From NCBI GenBank assembly GCA_023920165.1, contig CP089274.1:992001-1056000 (forward strand): DNA of 64,000 nucleotides, in the 5' to 3' direction. Below are positions 24,427-37,257 of the stretch, piece after piece (the first letter of the stretch is position 1; each line of letters opens with the position of its first letter). Made by a program: the position numbers and the translations under genes. The notes beneath the pieces are model-generated. The model made no database searches, had not been told where the DNA came from, and saw nothing but the letters and a program-made list of their open reading frames with translations. Source of the stretch: Curvularia clavata. Taxonomy: Eukaryota.

Positions 24427-24848
24427 TTGGGCTATTATGTTGTGCTTCCTTACCCAGCAGAAGAAGCATTGATTGCTTCCAGTATTTTGGGAATTCACTC
24501 ATGAAAGATGTATCCGTAACTTAGCGTCGTAGTCTTTGTTTTTGTCGCGGAGTATCATTGGTTGATATGATTCCGTAGAGAAACGTATTATTGGAAAACG
24601 CCATAAGCCTTCCCGTGGTCCATGATGTGAAGTCAAATGCTTTGACCGAAACAACTCACTTATTGGTGGTCTATGTGTAAAATCAATGCAGCAAACAATT
24701 GCAAGACAAGCTTCTATTATACTAGTCGCGATGAGCAAATATCTTTCATGTTCCAAAAGCAATATGCGTAGCTCTATAATTTCCCGGCCCGAAACCTCTT
24801 CTCAACGAGGACTAACGGTCCAGCAACGTTACCCAAATACGGACAACA

Positions 24849-25285
24849 TGTATCTAAACCACTCAGCTCAGACTACGATTCTTAGCAACATACCACCTTC
24901 AGACTTTAAAGACTTGGTAGATGCTGCAATCCGCCTACATACCGACAGCCTTCGCTTCTTACAAGAAATCAACTGCTTCTCCGCACCAGACAATTACGAC
25001 TCGCATGAAACAGAGGATGAACACCGCATAACCGAATGTCAAGTGACCATGGCCAGAGACTTGGTAAAGAGACATGATGATCTTGGCAGACATTATGGCT
25101 GGGTATTAGCCGGTGACCATGCGTCCGTGGATAAAGCGCTTAGCGGCATGTGCAAAACAGAAAAGCGACCAAGCGAGTGGTTCAAAGAAAAAAGCAGCGA
25201 GTTGGAAGGTTTGCACACCATGTTGAAGCTGCTGCAACTGTCAGTTTATGAGACCAGAAGTGAGCTGGCATATATTCAAGCATGA
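24849..25285 (+). CDS. Hypothetical helical orphan protein (start uncertain)
   Basis: Open frame of up to 199 aa with protein-like amphipathic composition; no recognisable motif. Confidence 0.4.
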
Positions 25286-26012
25286 CTAGCTTGGTTTGAT
25301 TGTACACATCTCGTATTCGGTATATTTACTATAATGCGGGGCCAGCAGCAGATCCCATCTCGGTAAAGCTTTGCCAAGATGGTTGATGGAATTTTCAGTC
25401 ACTCTTATGCATCTCAGTATGAGTGAACGTACCTGTTGTTCTACCCAGGAAAGGTGAATGGAATTTGCCGTCAGGTTTCTATCACAGGGAGCGCTTTGTG
25501 CTATCTCGGTGGAGTTCAATGATTCAAGACAATTCCACTAGTGCCATGACATCACCGATTCTCTAAACGAAGCGGAAATAAGGCTGCTGTTAGTGGATTC
25601 GTATAGTATGGGCCAACCCTTTGGAATTGTAAGCGAATATACCGTAGAAGATTGGTAGCGTCCTACTTTCTTAACAAGTTGAGTCATGACAAGTTGTTCA
25701 AAGTATGGATTGCCAGTGCCTCATGAAACAGCCAAGTTATTTCAAGTCACATGTACATACAAAGACGCTGATTGGAAGGCATAATTTGGATTATATCACA
25801 CACATGGTCATTACATGATTCTCTTGGATGCTTCGCATTGCTCACGATGCTCGTGATTACTCCGCTTTCCATAAAAGCTCTTTCTTATGTACTTCGTAAA
25901 CCAACATGGCCGCTGCCCGCTAATAAAACATGATTTCTAATATTCATTAGCAAAAATCATTTTGCTGAGAAGCAACTGGAAATCTCACCATAAACTGTAC
26001 GGAGTGTAGAAA

Positions 26013-26213
26013 CTAGCCTGAGCTGCATGTGCAGCCTTTCCTCTTCGCAGGGTCAGTGGAGGGCCAGGGCACGCAGATTTGGTTTCCGCAGTTCTTTCCA
26101 GAGACTCCACAGTTGTCTTGTGAGCAGGGACCGGTGTAGCCTTGTGGAAGCGGATCGGGCATAGCGAGAGCAACGCTAGCAAGGAAGGTGGCGAACATGA
26201 TTGAGAAACGCAT
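26013..26213 (-). CDS. Small secreted cysteine-rich peptide (66 aa, 6 Cys); effector or antimicrobial candidate
   Basis: Signal peptide MRFSIMFATFLASVALA; accATG context; TATAAA ~150 nt upstream; C-x4-C-x6-C-x4-C-x13-C-x-C. Confidence 0.85.
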   Translation of the reverse strand: MRFSIMFATFLASVALAMPDPLPQGYTGPCSQDNCGVSGKNCGNQICVPWPSTDPAKRKGCTCSSG

Positions 26214-27579
26214 GGTGGTATTGAGATAGTAGTTTTGAGAGTAGATAGAGAAGTAGTGATTTGTGAATTTGGTGAGGAGATAGTAATGTTCAAAGTTGAT
26301 GGGAGAGTTGAATGTGTTTTGGGAGTTGGCTGAAAGATATAGGGTGGCTTGATTAGCCCTTTATATCTTCACATCGACCATGGATGTGACGTACAACGGG
26401 ACCCGAAACGTGACCGCTGATTAGAACCCACAGGCACCGGATGTCCGCTGCACAGCCATAGGGGGAGTGCGGCCCAAGACTTGACAAGAACGCCCGATGG
26501 CCAGGATGATCATCCCCAACCAGGTCAAAAACAATGCAGTGAGCCCCCAGTTTGCAGTGTTCCGCCTGCATAACAATATGTTTTCCATGTGAACAATTGT
26601 ACAGTGCAGACGATGTAACTCGATTTTGAGGCAATTGTGAGTTCTCCCGGCAATTGTGTTTGAGCGCCACGGACTTGGCTCCTTGGCCTCCGGTCTAAGT
26701 GGGCGAGCAGGAAGCGGACAAGGACGCAGATCATGGTCGATCTTCAGCTTGGGTTTTTGCCCAGAAAGCATGCTGCGGACAACTTTCGTACATGCCTTAC
26801 GTGTCAGTTTAACCGATAGTGTTATGGCGTCGATCTATGTTCTGGATAGTGCTGATGGTGTATATGGTGTTGAGGCAAAGTTGAGATTGCCGAGACTCTG
26901 GCGTAGATCACAAGGGAAGCCAAGGCATTGCTGTGCATGTGAGGCAATATCCATGCACTATACGATTCAAACGTGGGTGAGTGTAGGAAGCATGCCTAGA
27001 AACAGAAAACCTAGTGAGTACATTTTTGGGCGCCACAGCCCGCCAACCTGACCAAGATGTGCTGTGCTATTGAAGGCTGTAATGTTGCACCCCTGACCGC
27101 TTGCATCCATTCAGTCAATGCAATGCTAGGGTGGTACGTCTGCCTAGAACTCTCATTGGCGGTTTAGACAACACGCCAATGTGTTTGTGGTCGTGGGAGT
27201 TGTAACATGTCGATCAAAGTTGGCATAGAGTCAAAGTCTACGTATGTGGCTAACGGTAAAACAGGCGGCTCAAAAGCCAAAAAAAGCAACTCCAAACGGA
27301 ACAAATAACAAAGCGAGCGAGCCGGTGTGTCGGTGGCTTGTATCAGATAGACATGGTGCGATGCGCCTCTTCGAACACGGCGCGTTTCGAGGCCGAGGAT
27401 GAAGAAGAGATGGTTGGCTAGCAGAGAGGGAAGCTGGACGCGTACTGGCTATCTTATCTCCGAGGCGGTTACTATCTCCTGCCCTGCATAGCCAGCAGCC
27501 ATGCAACGTGCGCCATCTTCCCCACCATTACCGTCTCAGTCCTACTATCACTAGCACTCGTCGCTTTGATTTCTCAAGC

Positions 27580-29139
27580 ATGGCAAGCAACAACGATGAC
27601 AGAAACAACAGCAACAATAGCGACAATGATCGGCGCCAACACCACCGCCCCGAGGATAACCCCTTCATCGCCTTCCGCCGTTTCGCCGATTCCCAAGTCT
27701 CGTCCCTCCTAAACACCGTCTTCGCTCTTCCCGCTACTCTCGCCAGTTACAACAACGCGCATCAAGCACGTGAGCAATGTCTCTTTGGTAAGGCCGATCA
27801 GCGACAGTGCGACAAGCTCCATGAGATTGAAGCGCGCATCGCCGAGCTGCGAAATGAGGGGAGAGAGCTCTTCAGAGTTGGCGATGTGCATGCTGTGCTG
27901 CGTAACAGCGAAGAACTTGTGAGGCTTGACCGTAGGGCCGATGACATTCGGAGAGACATCCTCTGTGCCTCACACCCAGAAACCCAAACACAGCCACCAT
28001 GGCCAAATGAGACCGAGCTCGTGGAGAGAGTAGCCAACAAAAAGGGGCAGGAGTGGGGTTGGGCATGGGATTGGGGCTTCCCTCGACCTTTTGATCACGA
28101 GCGTTCGAATCTCCGGGACACATCAGAGGAACAAGACGCTAAAGATTTCATGGCTCTGGACAGGCTGTTACGGATGCAAGCGGAAGCGTCGAGACTGGCC
28201 CAAGAATTTGATGACAAGGCTTGGGACGACTCCGCCGCGCGTGTTGTAAGATTCGACAACTGTAGCGAGACTCGGGTCAACGATGGGAAACCCAGGGTAT
28301 GGTCGTGGTCAAGGTCATGGCAATGGCCGCCACGAACAGATACATCACAGTCTGACGAGGACACATACTCACCTCATGCGCTCGAACAAAATCGTGCCCT
28401 GGACAGGGCTGGTATACCGTGGCGTGCTGCATATGAAGACCTTTTGCGGGCCGAAAAGATTCCCATTTCTCAACATCAGTTAGAGCAGACTACACAACAA
28501 GACGGTGAGCCCAAGTGTCCAAGTGGCATGGACACTGATGCATGGTGGTCCCGGCCTGGCACGCAGCAACAATCGGGCGAGAAAATGCAGCGAGATGAGG
28601 ACGAGCCAAGCTACGAGTACAGCCACGATCACGAAGACCAGCATGATGACCCGCCCACACCTAAGCGTAACCAGTTCCCGTCGTTCAACGAGTTCCGGCA
28701 GGATTCCGCAGCACACCCAGATAGAGAAGCCGCACGATATGAAGATTATGCCAAGGAATACGACGACCCCGCCACAGAAATGGATGCGTATGAGCGGTTG
28801 GATGCTGCATCTGCACACACCACTACCCCCTTCAATTCGGTGACGTCTGCCCTTGCAGAGAAGAGAAAAGACGAAGCCAAATCCTCTCTACTTTCGACAC
28901 TCACAACTACCGAGCGGACCGTTGCGCCTGATGGCTCTGTAACTACAAAAGTTTTGCTCAAGAAGCGCTTTGCAGACGGGCGCGAGGAAAGCACAGAAAC
29001 TGTACATACTCAGCGCGGTCATGAGACTGACTTACCCGCCAAGGATCCTTGGGAGGCACTGAAGAGTTCTCAGTCAAGATCGTCGGAGGCGGGGGACGGG
29101 CAAGCCAAGAAGAGGAGTAGTTGGTTCTGGTCGAGTTGA
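27580..29139 (+). CDS. Hypothetical Trp-motif-rich protein
   Basis: Long intronless ORF; DNPFIAFRRFAD near the N-terminus; C-terminal STLTTTERTVAPDGSVTTKVLLKKRFADGREE…SSWFWSS. Confidence 0.8.
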   Translation: MASNNDDRNNSNNSDNDRRQHHRPEDNPFIAFRRFADSQVSSLLNTVFALPATLASYNNAHQAREQCLFGKADQRQCDKLHEIEARIAELRNEGRELFRVGDVHAVLRNSEELVRLDRRADDIRRDILCASHPETQTQPPWPNETELVERVANKKGQEWGWAWDWGFPRPFDHERSNLRDTSEEQDAKDFMALDRLLRMQAEASRLAQEFDDKAWDDSAARVVRFDNCSETRVNDGKPRVWSWSRSWQWPPRTDTSQSDEDTYSPHALEQNRALDRAGIPWRAAYEDLLRAEKIPISQHQLEQTTQQDGEPKCPSGMDTDAWWSRPGTQQQSGEKMQRDEDEPSYEYSHDHEDQHDDPPTPKRNQFPSFNEFRQDSAAHPDREAARYEDYAKEYDDPATEMDAYERLDAASAHTTTPFNSVTSALAEKRKDEAKSSLLSTLTTTERTVAPDGSVTTKVLLKKRFADGREESTETVHTQRGHETDLPAKDPWEALKSSQSRSSEAGDGQAKKRSSWFWSS

Positions 29140-30533
29140 TGATTTTTTTCACATATAACATGACGCCAAATTGACAGCAGGCGTTGTACGATATCGACTA
29201 ATCTTTTGAGCAAGCATTGGTGTGCCGCTCGCTTCTGTTTACCTGAATCACATTGTCCACTTTTTCGGATATTGTAGTTGCGCATACCCCCCTCCGTTTA
29301 AGAAATATTATTTCCTCCTCTTCTAGTCAGGAACTGTAGTACATGTTCGTTTCCATGCTCACAGTGCATTGTGTACCCCAAACAGTGTCGATATCACACC
29401 ACAGCCTCTCCCATCACATTTCGACAACTTTTTCATTTTAACCCTCGGCATCATATATTTGGCGAGATCAAGTGAGAGTTATGCATCCTCACACAGTATG
29501 ACAGCGCCCTCCAACGTACAAGATCCCAGAATAGTCGTCATTTCGCTGATCTATAGCTACACCCGTTTTCTCGACTACGCCCATCATTGTACCATCTCAT
29601 ACCCCCGACGCTCTGCATGCCACATGGAAGACCAATCACGGTGTTGGATACCGTCACAAACTATTACATATAACTCCTTTCCACATGCTTCTGCAGCAGA
29701 GAGATCAATTGGCATGACGAAACTGACCTGGGCAAAGCATAAAGACTGTGGGAGACAATTTTCTGCGCCAAGAATAGAAAGCGCTTTCCAGGTCTTAGCA
29801 TCAACATGGGACGGCTTGCCTCATGCCGCCTTTAACACATGTTTTGTTCCTTGTGAGTTTCCATATTCTGCGGCGGACTTGTAACTGCTGACCACAACAT
29901 ATGGGCTGAGGTAGCTAGGAAACGATGGAGAGTGAGACGATGAATGCTGCAAACTTTCGGCCATGCTGAATTGGGATGAATTTGATTTCTTCGCCGGAAG
30001 ACGATTGTGTATGAATTGTGCTTATCAAGGAGAACAAACTTGGCGTTTCCGCTCCGCGTTCCGCGCTTGGCGTGATGCTGGAACACGGCCCGTTGAAGTG
30101 GTCCAAACGAACATTGTCGGAGACGTCAAAGATAACGGTGCTGTCTCCACAATCGTGCACTAGGGCGGCTAGGGCACACAATGGGCGAGGTGGTCGAGTG
30201 TGAAACTGTGTTTGGCCGTGTTGCCTGCTCCTCTGCCCATGTTGGACCGCGAAGGCAAGAGACCAAGTTGAAGCCATGCGAAGAGAAAAGCTTGGTGGGC
30301 TTTACAACAACACCGTGGTGCTCAACGCTCAAGCTTGTCCTGCCCTAGGTCGTGCGCCATATCGCCTGCTCTCGTAATGGAAAAAGTATGTATAAGGCAC
30401 CATTGGTGGGTTGTCTACGATGCTAACCGTCTCGTGAATACACAGCTGTCAGCTTGGGCGTTTACTCCCTGCGCGGAAGTACCAGGACAAATCTTATATC
30501 ATCAGTAAGATAGTTCAAAGCCGCAACTAGACT

Positions 30534-31106
30534 TTAGAACTCACCTTGCGAATACCCCCACTTCCTCAGAAGACGTTCGATATCGTCTCTAGTGGAATCC
30601 CTTGCGTCCTCTCTGTCGATTCCTTGATCGAGCAAGGTGTCATATTCAGTGTGTCTATGGCGAACATGTGCAATCACCGCAAGCAAGACCTTTCGCGATA
30701 GTGGAATCGAATTTGTGCGACCTACTCTGCCGGAGTACTTCTTGAAGCCATGTCTGATTACAATTTCCTTCTCATTCTTTGGCATTTTTGGGAATTGCTC
30801 CTCTACTCCGGCAGTAGCTTTGGCGATATCAATAGCATCGCGCTTGTTAGTTGCAGCACGACGCGTTGAAAGCGTTTCCTTCGCTTGCTTGTGAACTTTA
30901 TGCAAGATTTCCAATGGTGCACGCAGCCCAATCTGTTTCTTCTTTTCGAAGACAATATACAAAGGACGAGCTGCCTCATGTGTGAGCTTGCGGCAATGCA
31001 GCGTTTTATAGCGATTCCCTTTAGGGAGGAATCCATACGCTTTCGGCATTGGTGCGCTTGCGGATACGGTGATCTCAGAAGGCATACTGTTCGGTGAACT
31101 ATCCAC
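30534..31106 (-). CDS. DUF2293-family basic protein
   Basis: FPKMP…IRHGFKKYSGRVGRT…LAVIAHVRHRHTEYDTLL…LRKWG. Confidence 0.85.
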   Translation of the reverse strand: MDSSPNSMPSEITVSASAPMPKAYGFLPKGNRYKTLHCRKLTHEAARPLYIVFEKKKQIGLRAPLEILHKVHKQAKETLSTRRAATNKRDAIDIAKATAGVEEQFPKMPKNEKEIVIRHGFKKYSGRVGRTNSIPLSRKVLLAVIAHVRHRHTEYDTLLDQGIDREDARDSTRDDIERLLRKWGYSQGEF

Positions 31107-31742
31107 TGATCAAGGTGTGTCTTCGAGTATGGGCAGTAAGATCGACTTCCTGAAGGACTGTCCGGAAACCTAAGGGATGGAGAACAGATGACTGTAGCGT
31201 TCAGATTGGCAGACAATGACTCGTATCATGGTTTCCCCCCGTGTTTTTGATATGCATGGAGCACCCAAGCAAACTAAGGGGTTGAAGTGTGGCCGGGTCG
31301 AGACGCGTCGAACTCGGTGCACGAACGCGCTAGCATACGCTAGACCTCAAAGAGCATCCACACGTGATCTTGACCTAACCTATCCCAGAGCACTCCGACT
31401 ACTCTACGATCTGCGCCTTTGAATGCTGTGATATTGGCTACCGCTATGAGGGCAAGTTTTTCTTTGATTGATAGTGACGGATACCGTGCTTATGTACATC
31501 CCCCTACAACAGCTTCGGATAACGCGGCAGCTCAAACTTTGGCGCCCAGGGGCGATGGGCCCACCCGTGCGCACCAATCTGACCACAGTTACAATAATAG
31601 CTCCGACTCCGTTCAAGCCACGGCGAGGGAGATGACGACGTCGCAGTGGCATACTTATACGCTCCTCAGCCACACATACAGACTTTGTTTACCGTAGTTG
31701 ACGCGTGACTTCATCTCTAGGTTGTCTTTAGCTTCTCTGGCC

Positions 31743-34075
31743 ATGCAGATCAAGGCTTTGAGGCGAACGGACACAGCTTTTGGTGACGATACGGATCCAG
31801 GCAACATCACATATAATGACAAGTATGTTGTCGTATACGACTTCACCGACGTTGGTATGTCAAACGAAACTTTTTCAAGCATAAAATCCCACTCACCAGA
31901 TCCAGACGATGACGTCGCAATCAGAGAGTGCCAGCAGCTGTTGCACGATCTTGAGTCTGCTGGGCTGAACACCGAAGTACGTGCTGGGTATGACCAGTCC
32001 CTGCTAGTCTTTGTCCAAGTACCCAGGGATTTGCTTGGCAACACTGTTTATAAGTCGAGGTGCGTAATTATAGTTGGCAGCTTTTTTTTGAAGGCTTAGT
32101 TGATTGACAATTTTCTACAGAGTCAAGGACTGGCTTTATGGCATCACCAAACACCATCCTGGTGGCACAGCTAAGAGCGTCGTTTCGGCAGCTTTTGAAG
32201 CCGAAGATGTCCTCTCAGTGTACCATCTAGTCAACTGGCGTAAGGAGCATGGTGGAGCAGGCATCACACCAGGCTTCCCGCCTTGGGAAAACGTGACCTC
32301 AATCTTCCCTCTGCACAACCCCGTTGCGAATCGGGCGCTGCTGGCCCATCTCAGCACACGAGTGTTTTTAGACATATCCGACCTTGACCAGATCCGCAAT
32401 CTCTGGGGTGCAAAAGTCGCTTTTTACTTTGCGTTCATTCAAACCTACTTTCGTTCTCTCGCATTCCCATGTGCCCTTGGACTTTTCGCGTGGGCATTCC
32501 TTCCGAAATACTCGCTCACCTTCGCATTGCTCATTGGCGTATGGTGTACGGTGTTCTTGGAGTACTGGAAGATCAAGCAGGCTGATCTCGCTATTCGTTG
32601 GAACGTGCGAGGAGTGGGCAGCTTAAAATTGGATCGTCCGCAGTTTCGTTATGAGAAAGAGGTCATTGATTCGGCTGGACGAGTGCAACGCGTTTTCCCG
32701 AGGTGGAAGCGAATCGTGCGACAACTGGTTGTCATTCCGTTCGTTCTCGTTAGCACTATCATTCTCGGAGCTCTTATCACTTGCGTTTTCTTTATTGAGA
32801 CGTTTATCGGGGAGGCCTACGAAGGACCACATAAGCTCTATCTGGTAAGTATCATGTCTGGTCATTGTGCAAGGTTAGTCTAACAACTATTAGGAATATC
32901 TCCCGACGATTCTCCTTGCAGTTTTCCTGCCATATGTCACCAGCTTCCTGGAAAGCATCGCCACTGTTTTGACAGAGTACGAGAATCACCGTACGGAAGA
33001 TCATCATGAGATGTCTCTCACTCAGAAGATCTTCGTGCTCAACTCGATTACCAACTATTTGCCCATCCTGCTTACCGCGTTCGTATACGTACCATTTGGT
33101 GGCAAAGTACTGCCGGTGTTACAAGGCATAGTGGACGCGTTACTGGGAACCCGTAGTCGAGAAAAGATGAAATTTCGTGCCGATCCTAATAGATTACGCA
33201 ATGAAGTCATCGCACTGACCGTTACGGGGCAGGTCTCAGGTGCGATAGAAGAGTTAGCGTTGCCATGGCTGAAAGAGCAACTCAAGGAATGGTGGCGTGA
33301 CCGGCAAGCTACACGAGCGCAGAATCATGGAGACGCACGGGCCATGTCGATACCAGAAGACCCTATGGAATCCCGGTTTCTTCGTCGTACGAGAAGGCAA
33401 GCACTTCGCCCATCGTACAATGTCCAGGAAGATATTGCGGAGATGGTCATCCAATTCGGTTATCTTGCGCTATTCAGTCCAGTATGGCCGCTAGTACCCA
33501 TTGGATTCTTTATCAACAACTGGTTCGAGCTTCGGTCCGATTTTCTCAAAATCTGCGTCGAGCACCAAAGACCGGCGCCGCAACGTAGCGATGGCATAGG
33601 TCCATGGGTTGCCAGTTTAGAATCCCTAACCTGGCTAGGAAGTGTCAGCAGTGCTGCCATTGTTCATCTATTCGGTACCCAGCATTTCCTTGGCCCATAT
33701 CTTGGCTTGAGCACCTGGGCCAGCCTTCCTCTTACCATTCTCATTTCCGAGCACGTCTTTATCGCGTTTAGAGCAGCTGTCCGATTCGTCCTTTACCGGA
33801 TAGGTTCTGAGCAGATTCGTAAAGAAAGAGCCGAGCAGTACATGGAAAGAAAAAAGCATCTTGACGAGTTAGAGGCGAAGGCTAACAAAGTTTCTCATCT
33901 GGATGTTGCTGAACGTGAGAGAAGGAAGAGTGTGCGAATCAATGCGGCAGACATTTTCTGGACGAAGCAGGCAGAAGTAGGAGACAGCGCTATAGCCAGT
34001 GTCAGCATCATCAAGGCGAAGAAGAACGCGAAGCGTGAGCATATAGTCACAGGCAGAGACAACAAGATAGACTGA
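31743..34075 (+). CDS. IST2: Anoctamin/TMEM16 Ca2+-activated scramblase/channel; introns ~32060-32121 and ~32845-32894
   Basis: FPLHN; LDQIRNLWGAKVAFYFAF; ENHRT; EDIAEMVIQFGYLALFSPVWPLVP; NNWFELRSD; DGIGPW. Confidence 0.92.
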
Positions 34076-34259
34076 GGATCAAGAAGGTACAAAAGCATGG
34101 AAAGAACCACTTCTTAGCTATTCCAATCGAATATATACAATATCTTCTCCACCTATCAAATATTTACAGAAAATGGGTCTAAAAACAAGAACAGAAAGAG
34201 GGTAAGGAGTAGAATGAATCTCTCTCCAATTTTCCAGGGTGCTCCACATCGCGAATGGT

Positions 34260-35255
34260 TTACTTGAGAGCGTTGAGGACAGTGGTGTAGGCCTGCTTGG
34301 GGTTGAAGCTGTTGTCGAACAGGAGGGGGTTACCCTGAGGCCTCCAGGAGTCAGAGTCACGGACACCCCAGACAGTGATACCGACGCAGTTCTTCTGGTT
34401 AAGGCAGGCCTTGGTGACGTTGGTCCAGTCAGCCTGCTGGGCGTTCTGGATGTCGACCTCGGTCATGGCGCACTCGGAAGCAGAGCTGCAGAGAAGCTTC
34501 ATGGCATCGATGGTGGCAGCACCCTGGCCGGAAGTCAAGTGAGTCTGGGAACCGATACCGTCAATAGGGATGCCAGCAGCGATCCACTTCTTGACGTGGG
34601 TAGCCAGAGCTTGGGTCTTAGCATAGTTGGCCTTGTCAAGGTTGTAGTCGTTGATGTAGCGCTTGGCAGATGGGTCAGCCTTCTTGGCAGCCTCAAAAGC
34701 AATGCGGACGAAGTCCTCTCCGAGGACGTTGTAGAAGACACTAGCACGGAAGCTACCGTTCTCCTCGAACATCTCGTTGATAACGTCCCAGGCGTAGATC
34801 TGGCCCTTGAAGTGGCCCATGACGGTGCTGATGTGCTCCTGCATAACGGTGGTGAGGGTGGCCTTGTCCCTAATGGAGCTGACGTAAGAAGGCAGCTGGG
34901 AGTGCCAGATGGTGGTGTGGCCACGGATGAGCTTGCCATTGTCCTTGGCGAACTTCGCGGTCTGATCGGCGGTACCGAAGTTGAACTTGCCACGGGAAGG
35001 CTCAGTAGCGTCCCACTTCATGGAGTTCTCTGGGGTAATTTGACCGAAGTTGGCCTTGATGATAGCAGCGTTCTTGCCAGAGTTGAATCGGCCTGGGTCA
35101 GTGGCGGTACCGAAGTACTTCCTGCCCTTGGCCTTCATGGCAGCATCGAGACTCTGAGCGGCCTGGCGCTCCTCGAGGAAAGCCTCCGGCTCAGCGAAGG
35201 GGGCAGCAGTGACCAAAGCACTGGCGGAAAGGAGGGTGATGAAAGAGATCTTCAT
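34260..35255 (-). CDS. Secreted endo-1,4-beta-xylanase, GH10 (intronless, no CBM)
   Basis: Signal peptide; [19 protein letters not shown] (acid/base Glu); TEVD (nucleophile Glu); [11 protein letters not shown]. Confidence 0.96.
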   Translation of the reverse strand: MKISFITLLSASALVTAAPFAEPEAFLEERQAAQSLDAAMKAKGRKYFGTATDPGRFNSGKNAAIIKANFGQITPENSMKWDATEPSRGKFNFGTADQTAKFAKDNGKLIRGHTTIWHSQLPSYVSSIRDKATLTTVMQEHISTVMGHFKGQIYAWDVINEMFEENGSFRASVFYNVLGEDFVRIAFEAAKKADPSAKRYINDYNLDKANYAKTQALATHVKKWIAAGIPIDGIGSQTHLTSGQGAATIDAMKLLCSSASECAMTEVDIQNAQQADWTNVTKACLNQKNCVGITVWGVRDSDSWRPQGNPLLFDNSFNPKQAYTTVLNALK

Positions 35256-35686
35256 GTTTGCGAAAATAAGTGATTTTTGGTGGAATGAACGAGGTGGAAT
35301 GGAAAAGCTGTAATGAGTGAAGGTGCTGGATGCCCTATTATGTCCATGGGGCCAGCCCTTCTTATACCAATCTCGCACCCCTACCAGAGGTTGTAATAAG
35401 AAACCTCATTTAGACGACGCAAACCGCCTCAAGCAACCACACCCGTCGACTTCTGACCGCATGTCCACTGGCTTGTGGAGAAACTACGGAAAATAGGGCA
35501 TTAGCGTAATCTAACATGACATGCAGCAGTACCCACCTATCACCACCATTCCCAAATCATATATGGGTTTTGCCGCACGAAGGCAGAAAGTGGAAACAAG
35601 GCGTTTCGGGTTAATTTAATCCAAGCTTCCGACGTCGGTTCTTGTGCTGCTTGAGGTGCTTGGCGTTTCCTGCATGGGGGAAGAAC

Positions 35687-35693
35687 GGCTAAA
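35687..35693. promoter_or_regulatory. Candidate XlnR/Xyr1 binding site (GGCTAAA) upstream of the xylanase
   Basis: Exact GGCTAAA ~430 nt upstream of the ATG; also a CreA-type GTGGAG at 35475-35480 and a TATA-like element near 35362. Confidence 0.55.
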
Positions 35694-36910
35694 TGTGAGC
35701 ACCAAGTCATGGGCGAAACAAAAACAACCGACCCCTGCCCGTGCCTAATCGTTCTCGAAACACGACATCATCGCACTGAATAATTTCCGACAATATCGCG
35801 CCAGGGGCAATGTACAGTGCCTATGAACACTAGGGCATTCTAGAAGTGCTCTGCTTGGATCGTGCACGACCATTGCAAGGCGTTATGGGGCTGACCTACC
35901 CAACTGACTTATGAGGCTGTATACAAAAGCCGCAACAGACTTACAATCTTGCACGTGATTAACCAGGTGCCAAACTTGCTTTTACGAATTGATGTTCGTT
36001 TTGCTTACTGCGGGGCCACATATTGAGGGCGATTCGTGGAGAATATTCCATATAGAAGGTGGAAGATTGGTGATCAACTTGGCACGAGGCTATTTGGTAG
36101 GGGTATTATAGCCGTTGGGGATGGTTTCTCCGGGACAAAGCGAACTGTGGAGTGCGTCTGTCCGGGGAAGTTCCAGGGGATTGCATATGCGGCCAAGACT
36201 GCCGCGGTTATTTGTCTCTTTCAAGCTTTCCAAGGCTACTCTTGGATAGCAGAACGCCCAGGTTCAATCGATGCATGTTTACATTAATTGCTTCGCCAAT
36301 GAAATTGGATGGCTTCCTCTAGGATGGAATATTTTTACACCGAATAGATATTCAATGCAAGCGATGTGCCCACTTGCGGTACGTAATGGAAGTCGCTTCT
36401 CATCAATCCTGTCATGCGTGGGCAACAGTGTGGATCCCGAAGAAACCGATATTTCTTCCGTGCTGGTGCGTATAAACGGTTCGTTTGCCAGTGTATATTG
36501 CTTTTCGACTTCTGCTTGCATTAGTATCCGGCTAGGTATACATTCATCGACGCGAATGTCACCAAATGAATCTGGATGATATTGTGGGTTCAATTAACCA
36601 GTAGCTGGATGAGGCCTCCGGACAAAAGGATTGGCGCCTTGATGTACATTCGTGCCCAGATGGATGCAGATCAGCTTCTTCTAATTGACGACCAGGATCA
36701 TAGATCCACATGTTCACGAACCGTATGGCCGTCACGGGCAGATAAATGTTCCTTTTTGCCGTTGGGCAGCCTGAAATGTCAGAAGATGAACAGGTTCTTT
36801 GTTCCAGAGTTCATTACTGACATGAGAATACATATTACTAGTACTGACCTCAATGGGAAAAATGTATGTGTCCTGCCACGACCTCAACCATGGATGAAAG
36901 GTGTTTGATA

Positions 36911-37184
36911 CAGCTACGCGACAAAAAGTTTTGCCGCGCAAGCCAGTTCTCGCCAAAACAAGCCTACTTTAGAGTAATTTATCTTGACAACTACTTGCTT
37001 AAAACCTTTTAAAATCTTAATAGACTATAAAGACGTATATAAATACTGATATTTCAGGTTTTTAAAATAAGTCGAGGTGCAGTAATAGAGGTATATCACT
37101 CTAAAGTTGGAAAATTTTGATGTTCACCAAATCTGTTAGTAAATCGCTAGAAATCGCCGAGGCGAAACTTTTGTCTTAGTACTG
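36911..37184. mobile_element. Non-autonomous Tc1/mariner-type MITE (274 bp)
   Basis: TA|CAG…CTG|TA ends; imperfect ~27-bp TIRs (CAGCTACGCGACAAAAAGTTTTGCCGCG vs reverse complement CAGTACTAAGACAAAAGTTTCGCCTCG); AT-rich non-coding interior. Confidence 0.7.
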
Positions 37185-37257
37185 TATAGAAAATAGAAGG
37201 AGTTAATTGTAAGAAGTATGATAGCAGCGAGCAATGAGTAAGGAAAGAGTAAGATTG

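Noticed and set aside
25283..25366. TGA-CTAG readthrough context at the end of the orphan ORF
   Set aside because: The 26-aa extension ends PSR, not a PTS1, and the gene itself is uncertain.
29369..30330. Several short overlapping ORFs; possible decayed gene
   Set aside because: Could not build a stop-free spliced model or recognise a family.
34260..35255. Intronless GH10 as a sign of horizontal transfer or retrocopy
   Set aside because: Sequence and codon usage are typically fungal; no poly(A) or TSD remnants.
34239..35273. 344-aa antisense ORF covering the xylanase
   Set aside because: Mirror of strong C-ending codon bias in the real gene; no domain features.
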